A stretch of DNA of 64,000 bases from Vicinamibacterales bacterium (GCA_965197865.1 CBDANZ010000005.1:846028-910027); one strand, 5' to 3'. Counted from the first letter of the stretch, positions 17,949 to 28,849 are shown. Program-made: numbers and translations. The notes: generated by a model not told the origin, from the letters alone.

Positions 17949-20813
17949 TCACATGCGAGAATTCTGGCGACCTCCTCGTGCGAGCGTGAGCGGAGCCGCC
18001 GGTGGAACTGCCGATCGGCGGTAACTGAACGCTCTCAATACGGTATCGAGCACGAGGTCCAGTTCCTTGCCCACGTCTTCGGCAAGGAAGCGCAACACCA
18101 GGTAGCCATTCTCCTGTAGCACCTGATCCTTGCGCCTGTCGCGACGGTACGCGACCGGATCCGCGAGGTGCTGCACGCCGTCGAGTTCCACCGCCACACG
18201 CGCATCGGCGCACAGCAGATCCACTTCGAGTCTTCCCAGGCCGTCGAACGCGATTGGCAACGACACGTTGAGGCCGAAACGGCCCTTGGTGTCCGCCAGC
18301 GTTTCGAGGCGCCGATACAGGAATGCTTCCATGGCACTTCGCGCTCGATCGGCGCCATCGGCATCTGGAAGCATCGGACGAGCGGTGTGGATGAAAAGGC
18401 TGGCTAGTGGCACATCGACGCCATCACGGACAAGCCTGCGCACGCTGCCGGAATAGTCGCGCTTCCACACCGGGTCCGACGGAAGCACGACATCGGCAGG
18501 CCAGCCCGGTATGGCGCTGGCCGGCACGACGATGTCGTAACCGACGGCCTCATAGCCGCGGCAGCGCCGATCGAACATCCGTGCGAGCATGGGTACGTTG
18601 AGGTCCGCGTAGTCGTAGATGCGCACTTCCCGCTTGCCGTCATAGAGGCGGTGCAGCCGGCCCGCGTACTGCGCGACGGTGCCGCGCCACGAGACGGGCA
18701 GGGTCAGAAACAAAGTATCCAGGCGCGGATCGTCGAATCCCTCTCCGACATACTTGCCGGTGGCCAGGATGACCCTGGCCTCATCGCGCGGGATGGCTGC
18801 GAGGCGATCGGTGACGGCCTGCCGCTGCTTCTTACCTAACCCAGCTCGCAGCACCACGAGGTGACGGACGCCCGGGGCGAGCGTGCCCTCCAGGCGATCG
18901 AGGTGATCGTTCCGCTCCGTGAGCACCAGCGGCGATCGGCCGTTGTCCGCCGACTCTAGCACGTCGTTGCAGATACAACGGTTCCGCGGCTCATCATCGA
19001 CCAGCTCTTGGTACAGCGCCTGGAACTCGACTCGCTTGTCGGCGTCGGGAGTTCTGACCGGCTGGAACGTCGTCGGTTGCACGAGTACGAGATGCTCGAA
19101 CGGTCGCGCGGCCGCCTGGGCTCTCGCGTTCACTCGGTGCCGGACCGGTCCGCACTGCATGAAGATGATGGGATGGTGACCGTCCTTGCGTGCAACGGTC
19201 GCTGACAGGCCAACGACGAATCGGGCCTTGGCTTGGCGCGCGACCTGCTCGAAGTTGTGAGCCGACAGGTGATGACACTCATCAACGATCAGATGGCCGT
19301 AGTCGGCCACGCGGTCACTGACCACGCCCCTCCTAACGAGACTCTGAATGACGGCGACATCGAGCAGCCCGGTCGGTCGGCTTCGCCCGCCGCCAATTCG
19401 ACCGATCGACTTCGCCGGCATGCCGAGGAACGCCGAGAGCCGCTCGATCCACTGGTCGAGCAGTTGGCGACGATGTACGAGGACGAGCGTGTTCACGCCC
19501 CGCTGCGCGATCAGCCACGCAGCGACCACCGTCTTGCCAAACGCGGTCGTGGCGGCCAGCACGCCAGCGTCGTGCGCCAGGATTGCGCCGGCCGCCGCCT
19601 GCTGCTCGGGTTGCAGCTCACCTTGAAAGGTCACTTGGAGAGGGCGGCCGGCGTGGCGCTCGTCGCGAATGGTCGCGCGAATGCCGAAGTTGCTCAGCGT
19701 TTGGCGAACCTCGTCGAGGCATCCTCGCGGTAGGCCGATGTGATGCGGGTGATCTTCAGCGCACGCGATGATGCGCGGCTTGGCGTAGGTGGAGAGTCGC
19801 ATGGCCTGCATCTTGTAAAACTCGGGATTCTGAAAGGCCGCCAAGCGAAGCAGCCGGTTTCGGAGACCAGGATGCAGCCTCTCCTTGGCGATGTAGATCT
19901 GATTGCCGAGAACCAGCTCCAGCGTCTGAGGCAGGTCGCCGACAATTGGCGAATCCCTGCGGTGACGCGATGGAGGAGCTGTCCACGGCTCCTCACCTTC
20001 GCTGTCTTGTGGAGGCAGGCGCACGCCGAGGATGCGACCACGCTGTTCGGCGTCCTGGACGATTCGTTCAGCCTCCGCTCGGCTGATCTTGCGCACGCCC
20101 GCGAGGAACGCCCATTGGTCCGCCCAAGGCTCGAATCGGTCGTCGAGGAAAAGACTGTTGCCCTGCCCGCGTGATCTCCTTTGTAACGGCAAGGCGATGA
20201 GGTTGCCGAATCCGCCGTGGGGCAGCGTGTCCTGATTCGGAAAGAGACGGTCGTACGAATCCAGTCCAATGTCCGGACGCCCCTCCATCGTCTCGGTCAG
20301 GAGATACGATCCCAGCCTTCTTGACAGCGCGGCTGGCATGGCCTCTTCAAAGAACAGCCAGACGTGGGCGCCTCGCCCGGAGCGCGATCGTTCCAGAGCG
20401 GCAGGGAGGTGCAGGCGTCGGCACGTGTCGAGGAACGCCGCAGCATCTTCGTGCCAACCGGTCTTGTCGAAGTCGACGGCCAGGAAGAAGCAGGTCTCCT
20501 CCAGGAGCAACGGATAGACACCCGCGACGAAAGGTTGGCCAGCATCGTCGCGGCCGGACAAGTGCCAACGGATGACGTCTTCCGTCACCGGGAGAAATCG
20601 ACGGTGGGGGCAGTCGGCGCACTTGATGCGCGGCTTCTCGCAGATGCCACGCACCCATTCGTTCGCGCAGGCGGGCGCATACCCGGACTTGCCGGTCTTC
20701 CGGCTCTCGAATCGACGCGGGTAGACGTCTTCGCGACCCCGAAACAGGGATCGGAAGAGCGCAATCTTGGCCTGGGACGACGACGACTGATTGACGGGGC
20801 CGTTCAGTTCCAT
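17949..20813 (-). CDS. TOTE-type AEP primase domain + SF2 (ResIII-like) helicase + DUF559/Vsr-like nuclease
   Basis: LFRGREDVY, AVDFD, ERSRSGRGAHVW, GFGNLIALPLQ; TTAFGKT, DECHH, GLSAT, QYAGRLHR; C-terminal AVELDG..H...DRRKD...GYLVLRF. Confidence 0.85.
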   Translation of the reverse strand: MELNGPVNQSSSSQAKIALFRSLFRGREDVYPRRFESRKTGKSGYAPACANEWVRGICEKPRIKCADCPHRRFLPVTEDVIRWHLSGRDDAGQPFVAGVYPLLLEETCFFLAVDFDKTGWHEDAAAFLDTCRRLHLPAALERSRSGRGAHVWLFFEEAMPAALSRRLGSYLLTETMEGRPDIGLDSYDRLFPNQDTLPHGGFGNLIALPLQRRSRGQGNSLFLDDRFEPWADQWAFLAGVRKISRAEAERIVQDAEQRGRILGVRLPPQDSEGEEPWTAPPSRHRRDSPIVGDLPQTLELVLGNQIYIAKERLHPGLRNRLLRLAAFQNPEFYKMQAMRLSTYAKPRIIACAEDHPHHIGLPRGCLDEVRQTLSNFGIRATIRDERHAGRPLQVTFQGELQPEQQAAAGAILAHDAGVLAATTAFGKTVVAAWLIAQRGVNTLVLVHRRQLLDQWIERLSAFLGMPAKSIGRIGGGRSRPTGLLDVAVIQSLVRRGVVSDRVADYGHLIVDECHHLSAHNFEQVARQAKARFVVGLSATVARKDGHHPIIFMQCGPVRHRVNARAQAAARPFEHLVLVQPTTFQPVRTPDADKRVEFQALYQELVDDEPRNRCICNDVLESADNGRSPLVLTERNDHLDRLEGTLAPGVRHLVVLRAGLGKKQRQAVTDRLAAIPRDEARVILATGKYVGEGFDDPRLDTLFLTLPVSWRGTVAQYAGRLHRLYDGKREVRIYDYADLNVPMLARMFDRRCRGYEAVGYDIVVPASAIPGWPADVVLPSDPVWKRDYSGSVRRLVRDGVDVPLASLFIHTARPMLPDADGADRARSAMEAFLYRRLETLADTKGRFGLNVSLPIAFDGLGRLEVDLLCADARVAVELDGVQHLADPVAYRRDRRKDQVLQENGYLVLRFLAEDVGKELDLVLDTVLRAFSYRRSAVPPAAPLTLARGGRQNSRM

Positions 20814-20831
20814 AGGCGCAACTCGCCCACG

Positions 20832-21010
20832 TCAGCCCGTCAGCGGCACGTTCCGCTCACGGGTGGCGCCGGCCGCGACCAGCAACCCTTCGCGACCGTC
20901 GTGAGCGTCGAGTTCGAGGTAGAAGCCTGGGATCTCGTCAAGCGTTTGTCCCTCGGCCACAAGGCCGATGGCGTGAGCGACCGGGATTCCGAGGTGGAGT
21001 GCCTCCCCGC
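20832..21010 (-). pseudogene. DUF433-like antitoxin remnant
   Basis: IPVAHAIGLVAEGQTLDEI...YLELD resembles the DUF433 C-terminal half. Confidence 0.45.
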
Positions 21011-21239
21011 CGGTGATGACGTGGCGCAGATGCCGCAACCCCATCGGAAAGGATTGTAGCAGTGCGCGTACCCTGGCCGGCCACTCCACCCCGCACACGA
21101 CGCCGGTGTATGACCGCCAGCCGCGGACGGTGACGCGGAATTTCGTCGAGCGTATCTCCGCCTCCGGGGTCCGCGGTCGGGCGGGCGGGTTTCTCCTTCC
21201 CGGAGTCCATACAGGCGGCCGCGCAGTCTCGCGGCACTG

Positions 21240-21808
21240 CACCCCGGCTTGGTGCCAGAGGCGATGCGTCCGATCGGGGCTCATCACGTGTCCCTCCCGG
21301 CTCAAGAAGATGCGAATCCGGCGATACCCGTCGCGGGGACTGGGCCGCCACGCGGCGCAGCGCGGCCACGGCGGAGGCGTCCGCACCGCCAGCCGCGACG
21401 GGTCGCCCACCGTCGATCGCGCGACTGAACACGCGGCGGGCTGACAGACCGCGTGATCGGGCCTACGCGACCTGCGGCCGGCGCACGTGGGCGCCTCCCA
21501 TGTGTTTCGCGTGATCTCCTTGAGAACGTCGATCGTCAGGTCGCGGTCCGCCACCATGGTCTTCAGGCGGCCGTTTTCCTGTTCGAGCTGGCGTCAGCGT
21601 GTGACGTCGGACGGCTCCAAGCTGCCAACGGGCTTCCGCCAGCTGTCGATCATCTGGGCACTGACGCCGTGCTGCTTCACCACATCCGGAACCGGCTTCG
21701 CGTCGGCTTCCCGGAATGTCGTGACCATTTGCTCGTCGGCGAATCGGGTCTTCTTCAGGGCGCCCTGCTCTCAAGCGTCAGCTGGTCCGAAAATCGCCAG
21801 GCAGGTCA
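21240..21808 (-). mobile_element. Degenerate IS3-family remnant
   Basis: Left end TGACCTGCC at 21808; KKTRFADEQMV...LEQENGRLKTMVADRDL with stops; GYRRI fragment. Confidence 0.75.
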
Positions 21809-22484
21809 GGGAACGATGGGATAGGTTTGGCACTCCAATGCGCCCAAACGAACATCCCGCCGCGACGTTGAAGACCGCGATGATCAGAGCCTGCGACACC
21901 CCACCGAGAAAACCAAGCGGGTTGCCCCGTGCCAACAGCGCTCCGTTTGCAAAAGATTCGATGAGCACGAGAACAGCCAGCACGCCAACGTTGAAGACCC
22001 GATGCAATGGGTATTGAGCAGCCCGCCTCAAGGCATGATGCTGTCTGAAGTTATCTAGATCTCTACGGGCATCAGCGACGGCTCTGCGCAACTGAAAGAG
22101 GACGTCTTTTCCATCAGATACGTGGCCATGGAATTCACTCGTTGCGGTGGTCGAAGCTGCCTCCAGTGCCGCTGCTCGGCTACCGATACTGAGATTGGCG
22201 AATCTATCCGAATAGGAACGAAGGTAGCTCGTGAGAGACTCTTGGGAATCTGCCAGAGCAGATTCACACTCGGAGACGATCTGATTTTCTATCTCGTCGA
22301 AAGTCGTCTGGGTTGACGGTGGCTCGTTCCTTGTGCCCCTTGCGGTGCCCTGCTCGTAGAGCGACAGCCGTCCCTTCAAGCCCTCGACATCGAGTTCTGG
22401 GAAGAGACGCCCCGACTCTAGGTAGTTGTGGCGTGGTTTTCCAGGAAGGCCGAGAAAACGCTTGAGCCAGTCCAGCCATCGCAT
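21809..22484 (-). pseudogene. Hypothetical membrane protein, 3'-truncated by the IS3 remnant
   Basis: Coherent ORF with coiled-coil and TM segments that runs into the IS end. Confidence 0.6.
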
Positions 22485-22521
22485 CGCTTCGCTTCTCCGA
22501 CCAACAGTCCGCCAATATGAC

Positions 22522-22869
22522 CTACTGGAATGGACCCCGGCCCGGCGCCGACACTTCTTCAGCGGCTACTCGCGGGTGAACGTCAATCTGCACGTCTACG
22601 TGCTGGCCGAGCTTGTTGAGCACGGTCATCAGACGATCAATGGTGAAGTGGTCAAGCTGCACGTTGCGAATGCGGGTAAAGTCCGCATGGCTGACACCGG
22701 TGCGGCCCTCGGCCTTACGCGTCGCAAGCCCTTCGCCGTTAAGAATGCCAATGATACGGGCGGCCAGAAGCGCCTTGGTCTGCTGCACGTCGGCGTCCGC
22801 GCGGCCGAAGTCACGGAAGACATTGCCGCTGCCGTGTACCAGCCCACAATCGTCGGCTGTCTTGCTCAC
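22522..22869 (-). CDS. XRE/HigA-type HTH antitoxin
   Basis: GSGNVFRDFG, KALLAARI, FTIDRLMTVL motifs. Confidence 0.85.
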   Translation of the reverse strand: MSKTADDCGLVHGSGNVFRDFGRADADVQQTKALLAARIIGILNGEGLATRKAEGRTGVSHADFTRIRNVQLDHFTIDRLMTVLNKLGQHVDVQIDVHPRVAAEEVSAPGRGPFQ

Positions 22870-23065
22870 GGTTGTAAGTCCCTCGTCAATCGTTTAAGCC
22901 GCTCGCGGGTCAGATCGATATCCTTCTTCGGGATCTCGATGTCCTGCTTTGCCTTCTTCAGGAAGGCATGCACAACCCAAAGCCGCTCCCCGAGCTGCAG
23001 CGCGTAGACTGTCCGATACGCATCGGTGTGGTACTTGAGCGCCACCTCGAATACGCCGGTGCGGT
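22866..23065 (-). pseudogene. RelE/HigB (Gp49-like) toxin, 5'-truncated
   Basis: DAYRTVYA...WVVHAFLKK...PKKDIDL; N-terminus missing. Confidence 0.75.
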
Positions 23066-23133
23066 GCCGAGCAGCAGTGGCATCGCACGGGTCGTCGATT
23101 TTGGGGTTCCAGGGTCGGCACGTCCAATGGTTT

Positions 23134-23487
23134 CTATGACGACGGCGGCCGGGAGATGCGGATCCGCCCGTCGCGGATCGTGACAACTGTCTGTAATTCC
23201 AAGGCCGACCGATGCCGCTCAAGAACCTCGGCCATCAAGGCAATGCGGCGCGCCGCTGGCACATCCGGGAGGCGCACCAAGCCTGCATGCTGAACTTCCC
23301 GTACATAGACAAGCTCCCCGAAGTCGGTATCGATCGTCACCAGTATTCTGCCTTCGGCGGCGGCGCGGTCGAGGAGCGCCCTGTCGCCCGGATCGGCTCC
23401 ACGCTCCAGGGACTCGACGTCATGCCCCTCGGCGCGCAACCATTCCGCCAGACGATGGCCAGCGCAGCGATCGACAAGAAATCTCAC
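23134..23487 (-). CDS. DUF5615 PIN-like toxin
   Basis: RFLVDRC, GHDV, RILVTIDTDFGEL, GRIRI; overlaps the DUF433 gene. Confidence 0.85.
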   Translation of the reverse strand: MRFLVDRCAGHRLAEWLRAEGHDVESLERGADPGDRALLDRAAAEGRILVTIDTDFGELVYVREVQHAGLVRLPDVPAARRIALMAEVLERHRSALELQTVVTIRDGRIRISRPPSS

Positions 23488-23732
23488 GACTCCGCGACCG
23501 ACACGGCAGCCAGCGTGTCCTTGGCGATGACCGCATGCGCGTATGCGGCACACGCGCGAATGTCGTCCGGCTCCAGGTCGGGGTAATCCTCCAAGATGGC
23601 TTCTTGCGTAACTCCTTGTGCTAACAGGCTCAGGACGAGTTCGACTGAAATCCGCATATCGCGAACCGTGGGTTTGCCCCCGAAGACCTCTGGGCGCGCG
23701 GTGATGCGTGACAACAGCTCAGCATTTGTCAT
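23484..23732 (-). CDS. DUF433 antitoxin
   Basis: RITARPEVFGGKPTVRDMRISV...YPDLEPDDIRAC. Confidence 0.9.
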   Translation of the reverse strand: MTNAELLSRITARPEVFGGKPTVRDMRISVELVLSLLAQGVTQEAILEDYPDLEPDDIRACAAYAHAVIAKDTLAAVSVAES

Positions 23733-24020
23733 ACGCTTTTTCTCTCCGGTTTCTGGCTCGTGCCGCTCCCCGCCGACTGGCACCCGGCCGCCGTCTTCCT
23801 CGCCAGCCTAGCCCCGGGGTCTTCCAGAGAGCATGAGTTGACTCCGGCCCCCATGGCTGGCACTTCCTGACTATAGATACTACTGCTCTTCGTACCCGAC
23901 CGGGGTCATCCCTCCCAGCGCACCCTGCAGATTGCCGACAGGCTCCAGACCCGCTTCATCATTTCTTCCCATAATTGCTTATTCATCGTCACGTTATAGA
24001 GGTTGCACTTCGTCCGCGAG

Positions 24021-24410
24021 TGTACGTCGCCAGCCCAGTGTAGACCACTGCGGCAATTTTGGAAGAGAGACTTCCTGCTGTTGAGCCACTACCGGCGGCC
24101 AGTATAGATTCTCGCGCTTCCGTTGTGCCAGCGTCCTCCGTTTGATTCGTTCGCGCCGAGTCAGGATGGCGGACCGACGTCCTGCGTACACGTCAGCGGG
24201 GGTGACGGTGTCGAGCGCTTCGTGCGGGTGTTGGTGGTTGTCGTGCTCGACGAAGCGCGCGACGGCGCGCTCCAGGGCCCACGGGGTGTGCTACAGCTCC
24301 AGCGTCCCCACGTTCTTCATCGAGCGGTGGTAACGCTCGATCTTGCCTTGGGTCATCGGGTGGTACGGCGCCGCCCGCGTGTGGTCCAGCCCGTGCGTCT
24401 CCAGGTAGGT
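24021..24410 (-). pseudogene. IS3/IS481-type transposase C-terminal remnant
   Basis: [19 protein letters not shown]...HEALDTVTPADVYAGR with an internal stop. Confidence 0.75.
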
Positions 24411-24619
24411 GGCCCGATCACCCCACATCTTGGATCACCTAACCAGCCGAATCTTCTTTCCGCGCGACGCCTGTTGTCGCGCCCTTCCCATTGAAGGTGT
24501 GGCTAGGCGGTCGGGGGTGGTGATGGAACCCACCGCGACGCACCCGAACCCCGAGAGGGCCCAGACTGGGCCGTGCCGACGGGGTGGTCGCGTGTGCGTG
24601 GTGACAGGAGGACGGCCCG

Positions 24620-24799
24620 ATGAAACGTGACTGGCGTTGCACGCATTGCGACAAACTCCTCGGCGTCCTGGAAGGGGCTCGCCTCCACATCCGGTTCGCA
24701 CGCGGTCACGAGTACATCGTCGGCTTCCCAGCGGCCAACGTGTGCCGCCGCCAGCGGGCCGAGGCCGCCATCCGCCGCTTCGAGGCGGAACAGCGGTGA
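24620..24799 (+). CDS. Small zinc-ribbon-like protein (59 aa, below ORF-track cutoff)
   Basis: aggagg RBS; MKRDWRCTHCDKLLGV...RFARGHEY; the second CxxC is degenerate. Confidence 0.55.
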   Translation: MKRDWRCTHCDKLLGVLEGARLHIRFARGHEYIVGFPAANVCRRQRAEAAIRRFEAEQR

Positions 24800-24828
24800 G
24801 TCCTCCGACCGCGTGTCCCCGTCGAGGT

Positions 24829-26257
24829 GGGCTTGTCCCATCCGCTGTTGAAATTCAGCGGCGGCTCGGGTGACGACTACGCAACCATCCCCGACGATTC
24901 ATCGAGCCCCAGCTGAGCGTCACGTGCTCGCAACGCGGCGACCAGCACGGGCATGTCCTTACACCCCTTCACCCGCCGGAATCCTTTGGCCGCTTCCAGC
25001 ACACCGGCAGCGACCCAGCGGAGCACCATCGTACCCCCGCGCCAGCGTTTCACGTTCCGCTTCACGTGGCGTGTCCGGCTCAGGAGGCTCTCGACGGCGT
25101 TGGTCGTCGCCAGCGATCGGCGGAGCCGCTCCGAGAGCGGCAACTCGACTACGGTGAGCGTCTCGTCGAGCCCTTCCCGTATGCTGGCGGCTGCACTCGG
25201 ATAATCGACGTCCACCCGCCGGGCCAAGTCCTGCAACAAGCGCCGGGCCGCCTTGATGTCGGTGTGCGTATAGGCGCGCGTGAGGGTCGCCTTCACCCAC
25301 GGACGCTGGGCCTCGGGCAGATACTCGAGCACGTTGCGCCGTTTATGCACCTGGCATCGTTGTACCAGGGCTGCGGGGCCGAAGGTCTGCATCACCGCAG
25401 TGTGGAGCGCTTGCGCTCCATCGAGGATGACGAGCAGACTGCGGTCGGTCCGCAGCCCACGGCTCTGCAGATTGGTCAGCAAGCCCTGACACACGGTCGT
25501 GTTCTCCGCTGACCCTTCCCAGAGGCCCAGCGGGTGTTTGGCGCCCGTTTTATCGAGGCCCAGCGCCACGACGATGCAGTGGCCGCCGACGTGGACCCCA
25601 TCGATCAGTAGCGCCACCAGCTCGAGGTCGTCGAGCGGCGTTGCCCGCCACGCATCGAGTTGCGCCTGCGTCTGCGCCACAAACCGCCGACTCACGGCAC
25701 TCTTGCTTGTGCCCCGCGTGCGGACGTCGGCCCCCAGCGGTTCTAGACTCCGGCCATACTGGCGCGTGGCCACGCCGATGAGCATCTGTTCGACCACGCG
25801 CCGGGTGAGCGGATCCGTGTTCGTACAGGCCTGGACGGATGGCAGCGCGACCTCCTGCCCGTCGCGCCGCACCCGCGGCCGACGCAGGGCGACCTTGCGG
25901 CCCCCCAGCACGACTTCGCTGGGCGCATGGCCCGCCCGAGACGCCCGCCGCGCGGGCTGATGCGCATACCGCGGACCGCACACGGCCACGCGATCCGCTT
26001 CCAACATCGCCGCGAGGACCTTCAGGCCCGACGCGACGACCAGCTCTTGGAGCTCGGCCTGTGCATCGACCAGGATGTCGACCAATGGAAGGTGCCGTGG
26101 TGCCGGCAATGCTGATTGGCGCCCACGAACGCCTGTGCCAAACTTCTTCATGGCGGCTCCTTTCTGGGGGCTTCAGCCCCAGGTTTTCCCACCGGCCGTC
26201 TATCACGACCAGCAGGGAGCCGCCGCTTTAAATTTCAACAGCTAGAGGGACATCCCC
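24829..26257 (-). mobile_element. IS256-family element (type B) copy 3, 1429 bp, TSD gtcgaggt; transposase 24877-26151
   Basis: TSD at 24821-24828 and 26258-26265; near-identical to copy 1. Confidence 0.95.
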
Positions 26258-26327
26258 GTCGAGGTCCCGTCACCCCCTTTGGCCTGTGGAGGCGCATGAC
26301 GTGACGGACGACGGAGGCGCGGACACC

Positions 26328-26579
26328 ATGATCAGCACAGTCGACGCCACAGCCCTGATTAACGAACTCTTCGAAGAGGAGGCCCCCGTTATCGGCGGCC
26401 TCGTCGCCGTGCACGAGATGGACGACGACCTGGTCTGGCGTCTCATCCAAAACTTCGACGTGATCCGCGGGCAGATCCTCCGTCGCTCGAGGACTAGGCC
26501 TCGGCCGACGGGAAGACGCCGCTCCGTCGGATCACCCTCACGCCCCATCCGGCCATCGAGGATTTCCTCCTCTCGCTGA
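26328..26579 (+). CDS. Hypothetical element-backbone protein
   Basis: ggagg upstream; plausible helical protein sequence. Confidence 0.45.
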   Translation: MISTVDATALINELFEEEAPVIGGLVAVHEMDDDLVWRLIQNFDVIRGQILRRSRTRPRPTGRRRSVGSPSRPIRPSRISSSR

Positions 26580-26926
26580 GGCGGGCGTGATCCGTTCCGA
26601 CGCCGCCGACCATCGAGTGCACGCGCCACGTCCGCAGACTCTCCGAGCAGGAGACCGACGAACTGGTCGAGGCCGTGGCCGACCTGATCGTGCACGTCCT
26701 CACAGGCCGACGCGATCCGGCGCGCGTGGAAGGCGATGGCCCGGAACGACACCATGCACGAGACGGCGAACAACCTGCTGTCGCCACACGACGCCCGGCC
26801 GCCGGTCATGGGATTGCACGCCGTGAGTGTGCCTGGGCGTAGGGACGCGATCAGTGCCGCGCGGGGATGGACCCCTCGGTGACGGCCGTCTCGCGTGCGG
26901 CGGCCCGGCTGCGCGGAGGATGACGG

Positions 26927-27178
26927 GTGGCGCGAGATCGTACCGACGCGGACAGCGGCGACCTGCTGCCGGAGGTGCTGTTCCTCGACGACGTGGCGGC
27001 GCTACTGCACTGCTCGCCGTCGACGATCAAGCGGCGGCTGCGGGCGCAGGTCTTTCCAGTGCCGCCGCTGCCGGGGATCGACAAGCGGCCGCGGTGGAGT
27101 AAGGCGTCGTTCGCACAGCGGCTCGCGGTCGGCGGGTCGGACAGAGCCGTGCCAAGCCGCCGGAGGTGGACAGCATGA
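26927..27178 (+). CDS. HTH excisionase/AlpA-like DNA-binding protein
   Basis: LFLDDVAALLHCSPSTIKRRL...PRW. Confidence 0.7.
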   Translation: MARDRTDADSGDLLPEVLFLDDVAALLHCSPSTIKRRLRAQVFPVPPLPGIDKRPRWSKASFAQRLAVGGSDRAVPSRRRWTA

Positions 27179-27208
27179 GCGCGGCCGGGCGAGTACGGAG
27201 AACGGCGG

Positions 27209-27340
27209 ATGGTGTGGACGTCGAACAAGACGCCCCGCGAGATCGGCGCGTTCATGGGGGACGACTGGCTGGCGAGCCGGATTGTGGGGCGGTGCCACGT
27301 GATCGGGCTGGAGGCGCCTGCCGGGCCGTGGTGGTCGACT
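27209..27340 (+). pseudogene. DnaC/IstB-like ATPase C-terminal fragment
   Basis: VWTSNKT...GDDWLASRI matches the TSN...SR motif. Confidence 0.5.
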
Positions 27341-27471
27341 GAGGGTCGTCAAGGCGTCGGACTGGAGCATGGCATCACGATCAATCACGGCCATGATGGT
27401 CGCTCGGTGTTTGAGCGACATGGCGTCAGTGTGTCGGGGTGTGCGCCCCCCCTTCCCGGACGGGAACAATC

Positions 27472-27709
27472 GGACCTGAGCGACCACACCCGGGGGTGTC
27501 CTGTCTGCGAAATAGGACACCCCTCCTGGGCCACAAATCGACCGATTGGTGGGGGGTCGCTCAGGTCCAGAGCTTTTTCCATCTGGGTCCAGCGGATGCG
27601 AAAACGGTCATACAGATCGGGCGGAAAGTGGCCTGATGGTGCGAAAAGCCAGGCCGGAATGTTGCGAAATAGGGGCTGGAGGTATTTCGCACTCCATTCA
27701 GGTCCAGAG
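27472..27709. repeat. Nested inverted repeats plus repeated motifs (putative ori/oriT or structured RNA)
   Basis: 14-bp outer stem 27472-27485/27555-27568 enclosing two hairpins; tgcgaaatagg and tcaggtccagag each repeated. Confidence 0.6.
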
Positions 27710-28648
27710 AGGGCATGTGACGGGTATCACGAGAGGGCGGTGTCTCGTCGCGACCATCATGGCAGCGACGGTCGGTCTGAACCGATGAATCTCGACGTGA
27801 ACTACTCCCCGGAACGGGCGGTTTCCGAACGGGACCACGGGCATAGTCGGGACCAAAAGCAGGAACGGGACTAGGGGTGCGATCGGGACGTTCTTCGGAG
27901 CGGTCATCGACGGGAGTTCGACGCGAGATACCCGCGCCGGTCGCTCTCGGATCAGGTCGAGGGCGTGGTGCGCGATGTCGGGACGTTCCGGACGGTGGCG
28001 CTGGTGGATATCGCCAACCGACAGTTCGACGGGCACCCGTTCGCCGCGCGGCAAGGGATCGCGCAGGCGGATCAGCAGGACTGGATCGTGCGGCAGCAGG
28101 CGCAGGGTCCGACGGGGAGACCCTACACGCTGCTCGTGGCGCGGGCACGGGGGGTGGCCGCAGCCAGCGCGGCCGCAGAGGCGGCAGTCGGGAGTACGAG
28201 GTGTTCGAGCTGTGAGGCCGTGGCGGGTGGCCGTCGGGCTGACGATGACGGGCGGGGCGCTCGCGGTGTGGGCGCTGTGGCTCGAACTCGCGCACCTGCG
28301 GCCGTATGGGCCAGTCCGGTCCGCATCGGCAGCCGCACGGTCCGGTGGGTCGAGCAGGCAGTGCTCGACTTCATCACCACCCGTCCCCGTGCCGACTCCG
28401 AACGGCCCACGCTGTAACGGCCCTGCACGACGACCGCCGGGCCTCGTTGTCCGTCGGCCGAGGCGACGATGGGTGCTGGCTCCTGACGTGTCACGCCGGA
28501 GGCGCGCGCGTTCGACGCCGTCGTCGGGGCGCTCGGCATCGAGGCGCGTGATCTCTGCCCCTCGAACGAACCACCGAGGTACGCCCACGCGCCGTGCTGG
28601 AACTCCATCGTCCGGCTGGAGGAACGGGTAGGCCGAGAGTCGCCACCG

Positions 28649-28849
28649 ATGACGCGCACGTCGCTGCCCCATCTCCTCACGACGACCGAGGTCGCGGATG
28701 TTCTCAGGACGACCTCCAAGGCCACCTACGCGATGATCGCCCGCGGACAGCTGCCGGGGGTGATTCGCATCGGTCGTCGTGTGCTTGTGCGGGCGGACGA
28801 GCTGATAGACTGGCTCGACCAGAAGCGTGTGCCATCGCTGGAGGAGTAG
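28649..28849 (+). CDS. xis: Excisionase-like HTH protein
   Basis: LLTTTEVADVLRTT...GQLPGVIRIGRRVLV; ends 6 bp before the integrase start. Confidence 0.85.
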   Translation: MTRTSLPHLLTTTEVADVLRTTSKATYAMIARGQLPGVIRIGRRVLVRADELIDWLDQKRVPSLEE

